From NCBI GenBank assembly GCA_041666325.1, contig JBAYHC010000001.1, positions 137,708 to 201,707 of the forward strand: 64,000 nucleotides of DNA. The letters run 5' to 3'. This DNA is from Patescibacteria group bacterium (lineage in GTDB: Bacteria > Patescibacteriota > UBA1384 > XYA2-FULL-43-10 > 1-14-0-10-43-13). A program made the position numbers and the translations under genes. Below, in pieces: positions 20,788-35,200 of the stretch. The notes beneath the pieces are model-generated. The model ran no database searches, had not been told where the DNA came from, and saw only the letters and a list, made by a program, of their open reading frames with translations. The first letter of the stretch is position 1. Each line of letters starts with the position of its first letter.

Positions 20788-22707
20788 TTACTCGACGGTT
20801 CTTTCTTTCTCGATTGTTTTATAAGCAACCAAGGTATCGCCAACGGCAACATTCGCACCAGCTGGCAACCCAAAGCCGCACTCAGTACCGACAGAACAAT
20901 CCTTGACCTCATTCTTCTCTTGGCGAAGAGAGCTGAGCTTCGCTGAATACTTCATATTTCCATCCTGCAAAATCTTGACTGAGTCTCTGGAGGAAATTCT
21001 TCCATCTTCGATCCGACCACCAACAACTACGCCCTTTTTGTCATCACGGAAAATGGCAAGAACTTTAGCACGACCTAATTCTTCCTCAATAATCAGCGGT
21101 GGCAAAGCGGCAGAGAGAGTTGCTTTAATATCATCAACCAATTCATAAATAACATCAAAAGTTTTTAGAGAAATCTTGTCCTTATCTGCAATCTTCCTGG
21201 CTGCCATCAGCACCGGCACTCGAAAACCAATAACCTCAGCACCTGTTGCGATGGCGAGAGTTATATCCGACTCAGAAATCGGCCCAACGCCCTCGGAGAT
21301 AATCTGAACACTAACTTCTTTACTCTTGATTTCAGAAATAAGTTTTTTGATTGCTTCCAAAGAACCGACAACATCACTCTTTATAACTAGATTAAGTTGA
21401 ACCAGTTCAATTTTATCCTCATCGCCATTTTCTCCAGCAACTCGCTTGGCTGTGGCAACATGAAGAGTCGAGTGCAGTCTCTGATCCTTCATCGCAGCGT
21501 CCTTGGCTTCTTTCTCATTGTCGAAAGCAAGAAGTCTATCGCCAAAACCTGGCAGAGACTTCAACCCGGCGATGCGAACAGGAGAACTTGGGCCTGCTGA
21601 CACAATCTTCTTGCCGCTCTGGTTCTCTAGGATCCTGACTCGCCCATAGGATCGGCCAATTGCGACAGCCTCTCCCTGATGAATGGTACCATTTTCTACC
21701 AAAGCGAGAGCAACAGCACCTCTTCCAACCTCCATGTGGGATTCAATGATCACACCAACAGCCTTGTCTTTTGGATTTGCTTTAAATTCCAACAGATCGG
21801 CCTGGAGTAAAATCATTTCGAGCAGATCATCAACCCCCGCACCAGTCTTGGCGGAAATTTCTACTATGACTGTTTTTCCGCCCCATTCCTCTGGCACTAA
21901 TTCATATTCGGTCAATTGTTGCTTGACCTTCATCACATCCGCGTCAGGCAGGTCAACCTTGTTGATGGCAACAATAATGGGCACGTTGTTTGATTTCGCC
22001 TTCTCAATAACTTCGGCAGTTTGCGGCATGACACCGTCATCTGCAGCAACGATAAGAACAACAATATCGGTGATAGTTGTGCCATGTTCCCTCATTCGAG
22101 AGAAAGCAGCGTGACCAGGGGTGTCCAAAAAAGTAATGGTTCGACTTTTGATATCAGGATTTTTAGTACTGGCGAGATTAACCTGGTAAGCCGAGATATG
22201 CTGAGTAATACCGCCCGATTCCCCCTCTGCAACCTTAGCGGAGCGTATTTTGTCAAGCAGGGTAGTCTTGCCATGGTCTACGTGACCCATAACCGTAACA
22301 ACAGGAGGGCGAATCTCTAGGTCTGCCTCATTAGTGGTTGTATGAACTTCCTTCTGTTGCACAGGTCTATTTGCGCCCTCTTTCTCGTGCACGATCTCCA
22401 GATTAAGATCATCACCAACAATGGCAGCTGTTTCAAAATCAATTGTCTGGTTGATACTAGCGAGTACACCATTCTTGATAAGTGCACTGATCACTTGCGT
22501 TACAGCCAATCCAGCTCGGTCCGCAAGATCCTTGACAGAAACTATCTCTGGGATAGATACGATTTTCTTGGCCTTCTCAACAGGCTTAGCTCTCTCGCTC
22601 AAATTTAAGTTGTTCTCTCTCTCAATAGCAAAACCGTCAGCCTTGTGAGCCGCCTTTTCTTCTTTTTTGCTTAGTTTTCTCTTCTTAACCCGTGCCATCC
22701 TGTTCAC
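20788..22707 (-). CDS. infB: Translation initiation factor IF-2 (short 639-aa form)
   Basis: G-domain VVTVMGHVDHGKTTLLDKIR...DTPGHAAF...NKVD, plus the IF-2 C-terminal domains. Confidence 0.95.
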   Translation of the reverse strand: MNRMARVKKRKLSKKEEKAAHKADGFAIERENNLNLSERAKPVEKAKKIVSIPEIVSVKDLADRAGLAVTQVISALIKNGVLASINQTIDFETAAIVGDDLNLEIVHEKEGANRPVQQKEVHTTTNEADLEIRPPVVTVMGHVDHGKTTLLDKIRSAKVAEGESGGITQHISAYQVNLASTKNPDIKSRTITFLDTPGHAAFSRMREHGTTITDIVVLIVAADDGVMPQTAEVIEKAKSNNVPIIVAINKVDLPDADVMKVKQQLTEYELVPEEWGGKTVIVEISAKTGAGVDDLLEMILLQADLLEFKANPKDKAVGVIIESHMEVGRGAVALALVENGTIHQGEAVAIGRSYGRVRILENQSGKKIVSAGPSSPVRIAGLKSLPGFGDRLLAFDNEKEAKDAAMKDQRLHSTLHVATAKRVAGENGDEDKIELVQLNLVIKSDVVGSLEAIKKLISEIKSKEVSVQIISEGVGPISESDITLAIATGAEVIGFRVPVLMAARKIADKDKISLKTFDVIYELVDDIKATLSAALPPLIIEEELGRAKVLAIFRDDKKGVVVGGRIEDGRISSRDSVKILQDGNMKYSAKLSSLRQEKNEVKDCSVGTECGFGLPAGANVAVGDTLVAYKTIEKERTVE

Positions 22708-22899
22708 TCCAGTCTCAGCTTAACTATTACCAGACATGATTAGTCGGTTGCCGATGCTCAACAAAGAACTTAGCGCCAAGGTGGCGCCTCTATTGCAAAC
22801 ACTGAACCTCTCCAATATTTCGAGGCCAGATCCTTAACGATTAAACCACATTGTTGGGCACGTGCACGTGAGACAGATCAATAACGCATATCACAAGAA

Positions 22900-22945
22900 A
22901 CAAAATATGGTCATACATGTCTATTATACAAGATTTGCTTGTCTT
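22900..22945 (-). promoter_or_regulatory. Strong sigma70 promoter for infB (TTGCTA-17-TATAAT), embedded in the TTTGCTTG/CAAGCAAA inverted repeat
   Basis: Read on the minus strand. Confidence 0.5.
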
Positions 22946-22984
22946 TAGCAAGCAAATCAGGTTCAGTCCAAATAATGTGCTGAA

Positions 22985-25900
22985 CTACTTCCGACCCCAA
23001 TAATTAACCTCTTTTGATTCTGATGAATCAGCCCCAGAATCAGTTGTGTCACCGCCATTATCATCGACGATAACCTTGTCACTGTATGCTTTAACATGAA
23101 GATCTGACGGAGTTGGTTGTGAAATTTCCTCAGTCAAAGAACCCTCCTCAACTTTATTAGCAACCTCTTCACCAGTGGTTGCAATTTCATCGCGTTTTTT
23201 TATGCTCGGCTTGCCCTTGTGCTCTTTTTTGGTTTCTTCCGGCGATTCATAAACACCGTCTGCGTCACTACTTTTAAGGGGCTTATCAATCAATGCTTCA
23301 CTCCTAGCCTCGACCAAATCTCCTTGATCCAGGCCGACAATTTCATCGCTATTAGCCAGAAGAAGGGCAACTGACGCAACCTTATCACCGGGACGGAGTT
23401 TCATTAATGTCACACCTTGTGTGTCGCGCCCAAGTCGCTTAATGTTGACTAAGGCTAAACGGATGAACTGACCATTGCGCGAGGCCAAAACAACATCTCC
23501 CTCATTGCTGTATGTAATATTCATACCGATCAAGTTTCCGGTTCTTTCTGTACAGTTTGCTGCTCGCATGCCATAGCCGCCACGTTTTTGTAGGTGAAAA
23601 TGATTTAGACTTGTTCGCTTGCCAAAGCCATTTTCGAGAACGACCAACATGTCTGCACCGCTCTGACCGACAGAATTATCAGTTGAAAAGTATTTTTGAG
23701 GAACGATATCCATGGACATGATCTTGTCCCCATTCTTCAGTCTCATGCCAGTAACCCCAGAGGCACTCCTGCCCATCGGGCGAGCATCACTCTCAAGATA
23801 ACAAATTGCTTGACCCTTCTCTGTTACCTCTACAACTGCATCCTCCCCGGAGGTGGTCTTTACCCACTTGAGTTCGTCTTTGCCCTTCAATCCGATAGCA
23901 ATAATTCCCGTCTTTCTTATATTGTCATACTGAGAAATCTCCGTCTTTTTGATCTGACCGTCTTTAGTCCCCATGACAAAGAATTTATTGTTATTCTTGC
24001 CCTTTGGTATCGTCAGGACTGCTGTTACAGTTTCATTGGGAGAAAGCTGAATTATGTTCACAATCGGTGTGCCCTTAGCGAGTCTGGAAGTGGCCGGCAA
24101 TTCATAAACTTTGCTCTTGAAAACTCGGCCTTTGTCAGTAAAGAAAAAAACGTCGTCGTGGGTGTTGGCGCAAGCAAGATAGTCGACAATGTCTTCCTCT
24201 TTGGTTGTCATGCCAACAATACCAACGCCGCCACGAATTTGCTTTCGGTACGAATTTACATCCTGGCGCTTGACATAATTGCTTCTAGAAATAGAAACTA
24301 TGACTTGTTCGTCCGGTATAAGATCCTCAGCCCTAAACTCTCCCAGTGCGTGTGGAATAATCGTAGTTCGTCGCTCGTCGCCAAATCTCTTAATAACATC
24401 TTTCAGATCAGCCTTAATTAATCCAAGAATTTTTTCTGGATGGGCAAGAAGATCTTTGAGGTAATCGATAGTTCGTAATACTTCTTCATACTCTTCCTCA
24501 ATCCTCTTGCGCTCCAGTGCAGCTAATGATGATAACCTCATATCAAGAATCGCGTTTGACTGTATAGTAGAAAGACCAAATTTGGCCATTAAATTCTTGT
24601 GCGCTTCTTCACGATTGGCTGAAGATCTAATCGTACTGATGACCTCATCAATGTGATCAAGAGCAATCTTTAATCCCTCCAAGATGTGCGCTCTCTCCTC
24701 AGCCTTCTTGAGCTCGAACTTAGTGCGCCTCTCGATCACTTCCTGACGATGGGCAACGTAAAACTGGCAGATATCACGCAGTGTCATAACCCGCGGCTCT
24801 AAATCGGGTGTAAGTGCTAACATGTTGACATGGAAAGCAGTCTGCATCGGAGTCAGCTCAAAAAGCCTATTCAATACCTTCTTCGGATACGCGCTAGATT
24901 TAAGTTCAACAACGACGCGAACGGCCTGCGTACGGTCTGACTCATCACGAATATCAGATATCCCATCAACCCGCTTATTTTTTACTAGTTCAGCAATTTT
25001 CTCAATTAAAGAGGCCTTATTAACCTGATAAGGAATCTCGGAAATAATTATGCGGAAACCGCGCTTTGTCTCCTCAATCTCTGCCTTGGCTCGCATCATG
25101 ATACGGCCTTTGCCGGTCGCATACGCCATTTTGATATCTTCAGTGTTATAAATATTGGCCCCAGTAGGAAAATCAGGACCCTGAATAAACTGCATGAGGT
25201 CTTCTACTGTTGCCTCCGGATTATCGATTAGATGAATTATGCCGTTAGCAAGCTCAGTCAAATTGTGGGGTGGAATATTGGTTGCCATCCCAACAGCGAT
25301 GCCCATCGCACCATTAAGAAGCAATTGGGGTACGCGAGCCGGCATCACCTTTGGCTCTTTGGTTGACCCGTCATAGTTGTCTTGCCAATCGATTGTATCT
25401 TTGTCGATATCAGCCACCAGCTCTCCAGCCAAAGCAGTCATGCGACACTCTGTGTAACGCATGGCAGCAGCAGAGTCACCGTCCATTGACCCAAAGTTAC
25501 CCTGGCCATCAACCAAACGATAACGCATCGAAAAATCCTGTGCCAAACGAACAAGTGTGTCATATACAGCTACGTCACCGTGAGGGTGATAATTACCGAT
25601 TACCTCACCGACAACCTTAGCAGACTTGCGATATTTTGCAGCATGAGTGAGTCCTGTGTCGTGCATAGCATAAATAACGCGTCGATGCACCGGCTTCAAA
25701 CCATCACGAACATCCGGAAGAGCACGCGAAACAATAACGCTCATAGCATAATCAAGATAAGATGTCTCCATCTCATGATTAAGATCGCGAGGCTTCAAGT
25801 TTCCGACAGCTGGATCATAAACAGGCCCATCAATAGACTTGTCATCAAGCTTATCGCTCTTAGGAACAAGCTTTCCGACCTTTTCAAGATCCTTGCCTTC

Positions 25901-26014
25901 AGATTCGGATGGCACAGCAGGTGCTTCAGCCGCTATCTCATCGGCAACTTCTTCTTTGCCTTCGCTCTCTTCCGGCTCTTGTTCGATTATTGTCTCTTCT
26001 TTCTCGTCTTCCAT
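22985..26014 (-). CDS. gyrA: DNA gyrase subunit A with acidic N-terminal (~90 aa) and C-terminal extensions
   Basis: [52 protein letters not shown]... Active-site Tyr region (AAMRYTECR) and the CTD beta-pinwheel repeats are present. Confidence 0.95.
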   Translation of the reverse strand: MEDEKEETIIEQEPEESEGKEEVADEIAAEAPAVPSESEGKDLEKVGKLVPKSDKLDDKSIDGPVYDPAVGNLKPRDLNHEMETSYLDYAMSVIVSRALPDVRDGLKPVHRRVIYAMHDTGLTHAAKYRKSAKVVGEVIGNYHPHGDVAVYDTLVRLAQDFSMRYRLVDGQGNFGSMDGDSAAAMRYTECRMTALAGELVADIDKDTIDWQDNYDGSTKEPKVMPARVPQLLLNGAMGIAVGMATNIPPHNLTELANGIIHLIDNPEATVEDLMQFIQGPDFPTGANIYNTEDIKMAYATGKGRIMMRAKAEIEETKRGFRIIISEIPYQVNKASLIEKIAELVKNKRVDGISDIRDESDRTQAVRVVVELKSSAYPKKVLNRLFELTPMQTAFHVNMLALTPDLEPRVMTLRDICQFYVAHRQEVIERRTKFELKKAEERAHILEGLKIALDHIDEVISTIRSSANREEAHKNLMAKFGLSTIQSNAILDMRLSSLAALERKRIEEEYEEVLRTIDYLKDLLAHPEKILGLIKADLKDVIKRFGDERRTTIIPHALGEFRAEDLIPDEQVIVSISRSNYVKRQDVNSYRKQIRGGVGIVGMTTKEEDIVDYLACANTHDDVFFFTDKGRVFKSKVYELPATSRLAKGTPIVNIIQLSPNETVTAVLTIPKGKNNNKFFVMGTKDGQIKKTEISQYDNIRKTGIIAIGLKGKDELKWVKTTSGEDAVVEVTEKGQAICYLESDARPMGRSASGVTGMRLKNGDKIMSMDIVPQKYFSTDNSVGQSGADMLVVLENGFGKRTSLNHFHLQKRGGYGMRAANCTERTGNLIGMNITYSNEGDVVLASRNGQFIRLALVNIKRLGRDTQGVTLMKLRPGDKVASVALLLANSDEIVGLDQGDLVEARSEALIDKPLKSSDADGVYESPEETKKEHKGKPSIKKRDEIATTGEEVANKVEEGSLTEEISQPTPSDLHVKAYSDKVIVDDNGGDTTDSGADSSESKEVNYWGRK

Positions 26015-26048
26015 AAATTCTCTTCTTTACGTTTAAATGATGGATTGA

Positions 26049-28151
<2,103 letters not shown>

Positions 28152-28490
28152 TTAGATTAAGCAAAAATGTATATGTGGTACGAATCGAAAACAACGCTAA
28201 TTGCAACTACCAGACAACACAAGTTCTTCTAACTTATCGTTCTGCCTCTACCCACCCAACGAGAACAATTCGCGCCTGTGGTTGTTATGTCTTGTGCATT
28301 GGTTTGTTTCTCGCAATAAAAAGAGAAAACGAATGTTTCTCGCAATAGCATTGTATCATGGCCAGATTGAAGCATCAAGTCTGAAAGTTGTGCGGCAGCC
28401 AAGAAACTAACGTAAATCCAACCATTGGACACGACAACGCGAGCGCTGGAAATACAAATCTCCGAAACATAATCTTAATGTCCAGCTCTC

Positions 28491-28518
28491 TTGACAACCG
28501 ACCAATCCAGCGTATAAT
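28491..28518 (+). promoter_or_regulatory. Consensus sigma70 promoter TTGACA-16-TATAAT
   Basis: Read directly: ttgacaaccgaccaatccagcgtataat. Confidence 0.65.
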
Positions 28519-28524
28519 TCAGTC

Positions 28525-28698
28525 AAACGATTAAGCGTATCGCCACTATCCGACTCGCGAACCCTACGGCACGACTATCGCGCCGCCTGTCCGCTAGTCA
28601 GCCAAGCTGCTCCGAAAGTTCGGGGCGCTGCCCTGCTCTTACCCAAGCAGGGTAAATGTCGTGCTGGCAGCGGAGTCCCAGAGGGAGGAAGTTTACAG
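28525..28698 (+). promoter_or_regulatory. GC-rich, highly structured ~175-nt 5' leader (nested stems CGCTGCC[CTGCT..AGCAG]..GGCAGCG and CCGAAagTTCGG); candidate cis-regulatory RNA
   Basis: The stems are read directly from the sequence. The class is unknown. Confidence 0.35.
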
Positions 28699-29280
28699 AT
28701 GTTCGATCACACGAGGTATGTGGAGTTTCACGGAGTGGGCGCCTCCGTGAGGTGCGATGGCAAGCCAGTAGGGCTACTATCCGACATTGCCCCCAACCTG
28801 CGCTGGTTTGAGGTAGGTGCAGGGGCAAAGCTGCTTGCCATCGGGCTGGACAATCTCCAACCGACAGTTCAGCCACTCGACAGACGGCTGAACATGCTGG
28901 CAGCCAAAGCGCAGCCGGGTGAGCTCTGCCCAGTGCCACGCTGGCGCCAGGTGGAAGTTTTCTCCAGCTCCCCGGTCCACGGGGCACGGGAGATCGAACC
29001 TGGCAAGTGGCTCATAGCCAAGCGGCGCCTGGCGCCGCAAAAACAGGATACTGTTACGATACCAGCCGACGGGGTCGGTCAGATTACGCTGGCGATCAGC
29101 AGCCTGCGCCCTGGAGGCGGCAACACCCTGCTCATGGGCGAGATTCGCTTCAACGTAGCCCGGGGAAAAGGACTGACACCTCTCCCGGACAATCAGGAGC
29201 TGCTTCTGTGCAATCCCAACTGGGCAGATTCACTGCCCGCCGACGCCGGCGTCTTCTTTGCCGGTGTACTCAAACGCTGA
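28699..29280 (+). CDS. Hypothetical protein (193 aa) on a GC-rich island (about 62% GC)
   Basis: Strong RBS GAGGGAGGAAG before the ATG. MFDHTRYVEFHGVGASVRCDGKPVGLLSDIAPNLRWFEV... No domain recognised. Confidence 0.55.
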   Translation: MFDHTRYVEFHGVGASVRCDGKPVGLLSDIAPNLRWFEVGAGAKLLAIGLDNLQPTVQPLDRRLNMLAAKAQPGELCPVPRWRQVEVFSSSPVHGAREIEPGKWLIAKRRLAPQKQDTVTIPADGVGQITLAISSLRPGGGNTLLMGEIRFNVARGKGLTPLPDNQELLLCNPNWADSLPADAGVFFAGVLKR

Positions 29281-29385
29281 CGCGGCACCACCGCTAAAGC
29301 ACCCCCGGCCAGGCGCATATCATCACGCCAACTTTGCCTGGCCCCGTTCCTAAAAGCACAAAAATTGCGCTCTTGGGTGACGGAT

Positions 29386-29433
29386 TAAAAAATAGACCAA
29401 AGGATACTAGCATGGTCCGGTGGTCTATTTTTT
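29386..29433. terminator. Bidirectional terminator (AAAAAATAGACCA...TGGTCTATTTTTT)
   Basis: A perfect 13-bp inverted repeat lies between the convergent genes 28699-29280 (+) and 29425-31608 (-). Confidence 0.7.
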
Positions 29434-31608
29434 AATCTTCTCGAACTCAACAGAGAACTCTTTGTCCTGAAGCAGGGTGTGCCGAATCAAAATCCTGTGA
29501 TTAATCGCATCATAGTTCTTCACATTTATCGGCTTGTAGTTCGCAGGATACTTTATTGCTATTTCATAATCATCACCAATGCTTCCCGGCTGTTTTTGTA
29601 AGTAGAGCTTATAGGTCATTGTTTGGGCGCTTGTCTCAACACGGTAATTCGGCGCGTACTCAAAGGATGACTTAGACGACTTTCCTGGTTCAGTGTTCTG
29701 CCAGAAGCTAATCTTTGTTTTGCCAGCCTCTTCGCCCGTTTCATACAGTCTGGATGATGAATACTTTTTGTCATTATGCGGCCAAAAACTGCCCGATATA
29801 TTGGAAAAAGAATCGATTGTTGAGTTTTGCGGCAACAAAACACGGATCAAATTTACATTTGCACCATCGGGCCAGTTGCCATCACCATTGTGCTTACGGT
29901 TTATCTCCACTCTCGATTTTATTTCTCCCGAACCCGCGATATCAACCTGATATTTGACCAGCTCTTTAACATTTAGACTGCTCTTAGCTCCACCGATATT
30001 TGTATTATGAACAAATAAGTAATCAGCTAGCATGTGCTCGACCTTTCCGGCATAATCTAACTTCTCTAACATTTCCTGAAGGCTGGAATTCTTGAAATTT
30101 AGCAACATGTGCTTTTCCTTCAATCCGCGTCCGAGCGCCTCCAGCATTAGGTTTGACTTCTCAGCGCTACCAAAGCCATCAAAAAGACGGTTAATAAATA
30201 TTGGCATCATAACTGCCAATATTTTCTTTGGCTCATTCTCAACATCACTACCGTCCCGCTCAAAGTAACCTCGCTCAACCTCATACTGCACATCTTTCAG
30301 AAAATTATCGTAACCGATGGTCTTGCCAAATTCAGGCATATCTATCGGCCCAACAATTCTCAGGAGGTCAATAAAAAGAGTCGTATCCAGGGCCATGACC
30401 CCATCGACTTTTTTACCCGATTCTAGTTCATAAAACTCCATGACCCTGGAGAAGCTTTCTGGACCATCGATCGCAAGATTGCTATCTCTCATGGCCCATG
30501 ACTCAGCCATTGTCTCGAGCTCATTGGGGATGGCAACCTTAGTGTGGGCAGAAAAAGCTTTGTCTAGCTTGTAAATATTTGTCTCGAATTCTATATCAGC
30601 GAGCTTGCCATCAGAAAAACTTGCAACCGCAAACGAACCGATAAAACCGCCGCTACCACGTATCTCAGTATTGTTTTGAAAGAGGATAAGGATTCTTCTC
30701 GTGCCGCCATCACCGGATAACCACGGCAAGCCATCTTTGACAAAAACCCCCGTCTGGTCGAGCGTTGAATCAAGCTTATCAATAATATCAATGGCCTTCT
30801 TGCTCTCTTGCGCCAGAGCATTAGGCATAGAACTAGAGGTCTTTTCTAATTCTTTCTTGCTACTCTCAAGTCGATCTTTTGCCCGGGCAAGCGCAATCTC
30901 CAGGTCAGTCTGAATTAGCACTAGGTCAGCTGTTGGAATTCCGCTATCAGAAGTAGAGGCAACCGAATTGGCAAATGATACCTTTAGAGAATGCTCAAAG
31001 TCAGATAGAGCGCTTAGGATGGCATAAATACTATTTAAAAAACGCTCATACGCGACCAGTCTGGAGCTATGGCCGGGAACAAGACTCAAGTACTTGATGT
31101 CCTGCCCCCACGACTGAACAAGCAATTTTAATTGACCGATATCATCTTTGGCTTGGTCTGCCTCTTCTAGTCCTCGTGAAACATCGCCGCTCTCGATTGA
31201 GTCAAAAGCCGATACCAGATGCTCTTGTGCGCTCGCAGTCAGTGTTTCGACCTGACTCTTTGCGCCGAATGCCTTATACGAAGTAAACAGGACAAGGCAA
31301 AGTATCAGAATCGAAGCAACTCCAGTTTGGTACTGTCGAACACTCGAAAGCTTTAAATTAATTTTGTGACGGGCAGACCTTGCCTTTAGGCCAATAAAGC
31401 CCTTCTGCTTGATTGTAAATACGGCTGCTTTGTTAGAAATAAAGTTTGGGTGTTCTTGCTTTGACAAGCTCTTGATTTCCTTATCAGAAGGGACAACAAA
31501 AAAATCCCTGTTCTCTGGTTCGAGCTCAGATTCATAGAAAACGCCAATTCGATCTATTCTTGTCGAGTCGTCGCTACTCTCTTCTTTTTTGAGATCGTCT
31601 TCCCCCAA
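29425..31608 (-). CDS. DUF4012-like large membrane-anchored protein (727 aa)
   Basis: N-terminal TM. The central block ILILFQNNTEIRGSGGFIGSFAV is typical of DUF4012 (from memory). Confidence 0.55.
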   Translation of the reverse strand: MGEDDLKKEESSDDSTRIDRIGVFYESELEPENRDFFVVPSDKEIKSLSKQEHPNFISNKAAVFTIKQKGFIGLKARSARHKINLKLSSVRQYQTGVASILILCLVLFTSYKAFGAKSQVETLTASAQEHLVSAFDSIESGDVSRGLEEADQAKDDIGQLKLLVQSWGQDIKYLSLVPGHSSRLVAYERFLNSIYAILSALSDFEHSLKVSFANSVASTSDSGIPTADLVLIQTDLEIALARAKDRLESSKKELEKTSSSMPNALAQESKKAIDIIDKLDSTLDQTGVFVKDGLPWLSGDGGTRRILILFQNNTEIRGSGGFIGSFAVASFSDGKLADIEFETNIYKLDKAFSAHTKVAIPNELETMAESWAMRDSNLAIDGPESFSRVMEFYELESGKKVDGVMALDTTLFIDLLRIVGPIDMPEFGKTIGYDNFLKDVQYEVERGYFERDGSDVENEPKKILAVMMPIFINRLFDGFGSAEKSNLMLEALGRGLKEKHMLLNFKNSSLQEMLEKLDYAGKVEHMLADYLFVHNTNIGGAKSSLNVKELVKYQVDIAGSGEIKSRVEINRKHNGDGNWPDGANVNLIRVLLPQNSTIDSFSNISGSFWPHNDKKYSSSRLYETGEEAGKTKISFWQNTEPGKSSKSSFEYAPNYRVETSAQTMTYKLYLQKQPGSIGDDYEIAIKYPANYKPINVKNYDAINHRILIRHTLLQDKEFSVEFEKIKK

Positions 31609-31635
31609 TCCACCTCCAGATACTAGAAATACCGC

Positions 31636-31692
31636 CTTACGCCCGCCTGCATCGCCTGGAGCGAAGCGACTGCGGGCAGGCCTTACGCCTTA
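31636..31692. repeat. Copy C of the dispersed repeat (CTTACGCCCGCCTGCATCGCCTGGAGCGAAGCGACTGCGGGCAGGCCTTACGCCTTA)
   Basis: Identical to copy B except for 2 nt. The core is flanked by CCTTACGCC direct repeats. Confidence 0.85.
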
Positions 31693-31721
31693 TAAAGATT
31701 TTACCATAAAACTGTCAGATA

Positions 31722-31760
31722 TAAAAAAGGGCCCCGACCGGAGGTCGAGGCGGGGATGAG
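31722..31760 (-). terminator. Terminator after the GC-rich ORF 31773-32138
   Basis: CGACC-TCCG-GGTCG stem, then GGGCCCTTTTTTATAT on the minus strand. Confidence 0.55.
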
Positions 31761-31772
31761 GAGTGCTGAGTC

Positions 31773-32138
31773 CTAGTCGTTGTCCCGATCCCGGGGAGGG
31801 ATGGGGAAGTACGCGAGATGATTACCGAGCTCCGTTCTGAGATATCTCCCGACAGCGTCACTATAGAGATCACTCAGGGCAAAATCGATCGGCCCGGTCG
31901 GTACGGCAGAGACTGGGTCTTCTCTGCCGGTTGCTGTGCGCCAGAAGTCGAGGATCTCGCCTGGCGCTGCGTCGACGGGAAGACCCCAGTCTTCAACGTC
32001 GAAGCCATATTCGCCGACTGACATGCCAGTCGGCGACCTTTGGGCGGCTTGCACAAGAGTAGCCCGGAGGCACTCAAGATCCACTTGGCCACCTCCTTTC
32101 ACTGGAGAAGTGGATGCACTGCCTATGTATGTAATCAC
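31773..32138 (-). CDS. Hypothetical protein on a GC-rich island (about 60% GC); start uncertain
   Basis: MITYIGSASTSPVKGGGQVDLECLRATLV...GEYGFDVEDWGLPVD... No domain recognised and no clear SD. Confidence 0.4.
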   Translation of the reverse strand: MITYIGSASTSPVKGGGQVDLECLRATLVQAAQRSPTGMSVGEYGFDVEDWGLPVDAAPGEILDFWRTATGREDPVSAVPTGPIDFALSDLYSDAVGRYLRTELGNHLAYFPIPPRDRDND

Positions 32139-32267
32139 AATGGCCTATTATTGTCAATGGTAAAAATATTGAGACATTGGATTATTGCAGACCAAAAACC
32201 GGCTTTGATATTATCTCCACCGGCTCATATCCATATCGTAGTAGACCATGTCGCAAAGTTAGTTTGC

Positions 32268-35200
32268 TTATTGCTTTGTGGCAGGAACCTCTATCTCGGG
32301 ACCGTCCTTGGCCTGACTAAATTGATGCCTCTGCTTAATATATTCATCTTCCGTTGATACTTCGACACGCTGACTTGACGAAGAAGCGCTCGGGACTATT
32401 TGGGACTGAGACTGATCTTGAGCACTCTCGGGATCATATGTTTCTACTCGGCCCGGAGTAGTCGGAGTGCTCTGACCGGAAGTCGCAGCACCAGTCGTCT
32501 CCTCCCATGTGCGCGAAGGGCGAACAAAAGATTCCGGCTGCTGATCAGCTATAGTCGGTGTTGGTATGGCGCCCGCCCCATCTTCACCCTCATCTGAAGT
32601 AGTCACCGTGACGTTGCCAGAACCACCCTCTGCCTCTAGTCCAGTCATCTCCTTCTCAAGCCGTTCTAGTCTCTCTGGACCGTTCGTTGCATAGTACAAC
32701 CTATCGTTTCTATCTCGCTGTGAGATTAGTTCTTCGTGCTCTTTTCTTAGATGTGTAAGCCGCTCTGCTCTTGACTCGGCATTTGTCTCGCCTTGCTGCT
32801 CAAAGCCAACTCTGTGTTTTTCCCTCTCGGTGTCCATCTCCTCTTGCACTCCAGGTTCTGGGTTAGACAACAAGTTAAGTCGTTTTTGTGCTGCTTCCAA
32901 TATCTGACCGCTCTTGGCAGCTTCCAATTCTGCTTGCAACACGCGCTGCCTTAGATTCTCAATGTAACCGGCACCACCTTCGTGCACCGCTGGCTCATCC
33001 GGGTGGCTGCTGGCCCAATCTAATTGCTCCCTGGCCCGAAGAAGTGACTCATCTGCTCTGTCCTTTAGTCCTTGTGCATCTGCAAGAGCGCTGGCAGCCT
33101 CAATTGCCTGCGGTGACTCTGGCGGTGTTATGAGATCATGTTCTTCGACTGCTGTCGCCGGTGTCTCAAGCCTTGACTTATCCAACTCTGACAAACGTTG
33201 ATCATACCAGCCAGCGTTGCTTCGACCAGTGATAAATTCCCAGGCCCGTCTCCAACTTGGCTGATTGTTCTCATGAATCAGCTTGTCAATTTCTATTGGT
33301 GACTGATGATTGATTTCTACGTTTACCCACCTCAAAACCGGATGACCAGGAGCTGTAGAGTGAACAGGAAACATGAGGTGTCTATTGTCGCCATCTGCAA
33401 CAACCCTAATCTCATTCACTCCTGTTCGATCAGCATTATCCATGCGAAGCAGCATATTGCCAACGATATCGCTCAGGTATTTGCTGTTTTGGCCAGCTTC
33501 TCCTCGCATGAGGGCGCCGAGGGCATCTTTACTGATAACAGTTCCACTACTGTAACTCTCGGGTACGGGAGCTGACCCTGAATGATTAGACTCAAGCCAC
33601 TTTAGATATTCGTCCAACTTCGTGGCAGGAAGGAATTCTAGTTTGGTTTTTTCGCTAAAACTTTCAACAGTAATACTTGGTTGCGCCTCTGTCGCTTCGT
33701 TGGCACCCAGTGCGTGGCCATCACCAACTTCTGGCGCCGAGGCCAATTTGACAGGATGCTCCTGTTCATCAACCTCAACTCGAGATCTGTGAGTGTGATG
33801 TGATTCTACCCCACCAGTCCTTGGCGCAAATGGTTTGTCGTCATCTGGCATATACTTAGGCAACTCGGCCATAACCTCTTTCATATCCTGGCCAGGAGTA
33901 ATGTTGCCCGGCATCTCCTTTGCGGTAGCTGCAATCAAAGACTCATCTCTGGAATCAAAATAGCCGCTTTCCATCAATTTTTCTTTTTCTGCTCGGATAG
34001 CAGCAAAATAGTGATTGGTGGTAGGATATGCTTCTGGATTGGCTTTTCTGTGAGTGTCTACGATCTCCTGAGCAAGTCGCCTGGCAGCGCCGGCCCCTGG
34101 TTCATGGAGCACTCCCTCAACCTTCTCCCTCAAATGCAGTACGTCTGTTTTATCTGTGTCACCTGGCACTCCAGATCCATGTGTATCAGGCGCTGAACCA
34201 TGAACAACATCTTTGTTTTCACCCGGATCAGACGGAACAACACCTGCAGGAGCCTCGCCATCAACGTCAACCTCGACCTTATTGCCCGGCTCGGCAATAT
34301 CCTGACTTGGTTGAGGAGAAACCTCTGTAACACGATGGGCAGCGCCTGCTGCTGCGGCTTTCTCCATGCCCAGAAGATCTCTGCCCATGTCAACGTCATA
34401 GCCCAAGAGCTTCTTTCCTAGCAGGAAGGCGATACGGAGGGCAACAACTGTTGCGACACCCTTGCCACCACCAACCAGCGCACTCTTCTTGCGCTCTGTT
34501 TTGAATTGTTCTTGAACCTCGGCCACCTTGCCGAAATCTGTCTCTACATTAAACCTTTTAGCAGGATCAGTGTCGGTGCTGCGCCTAACCATTTCACGCC
34601 TTGCAGCTTCAATAATAGCTGAATGATCAGATGCCAACTTAGAGGTCTCTCGTGTCGAGCGAAGCGCTCCGAGTCCGAGCTGAATAACACCATTGACTGC
34701 CAAGCCGGCAGCGCCAAGACCTGCAACCTTGAGACCAAGAACACCCAGCCCGACAGAGACACCAATTTTGCCCCACCAGGGCATCTTACTGAAGTTATCA
34801 CGTAATTTGTCGAATCCTCTGACGACACCTTTTCTCTTCCCCATGTACTTCTTGTAGTCTTCTTGCTCTTTCCGCAGAAGAGAGGAATCGATTTTCAAAC
34901 CTTTGGCAGTAGAGATGGCCTCGAGTCGTGCGTATACCTCAACAACCTTCTCCTTTGGCATCTCCTTCATTTTGGCCGAGACTTTTCTCGCATCCCAATT
35001 GCCATCCTTGTCCTTGCAATCACCAAAATCGACTGTTAGCGCTGCTTCTTGTCGCTTCATCCAGCCGGCATCAACCGCTGTAGCACCGCCCAGAAAGCTA
35101 GTCATAAGCCTGACACCATTTGCCAATAATCTGCCGCCGGGGATTGCGGCCATACCAACCGTCAGAACACCGGAGACCGTTCTTGCCATGTGATTTCTCT

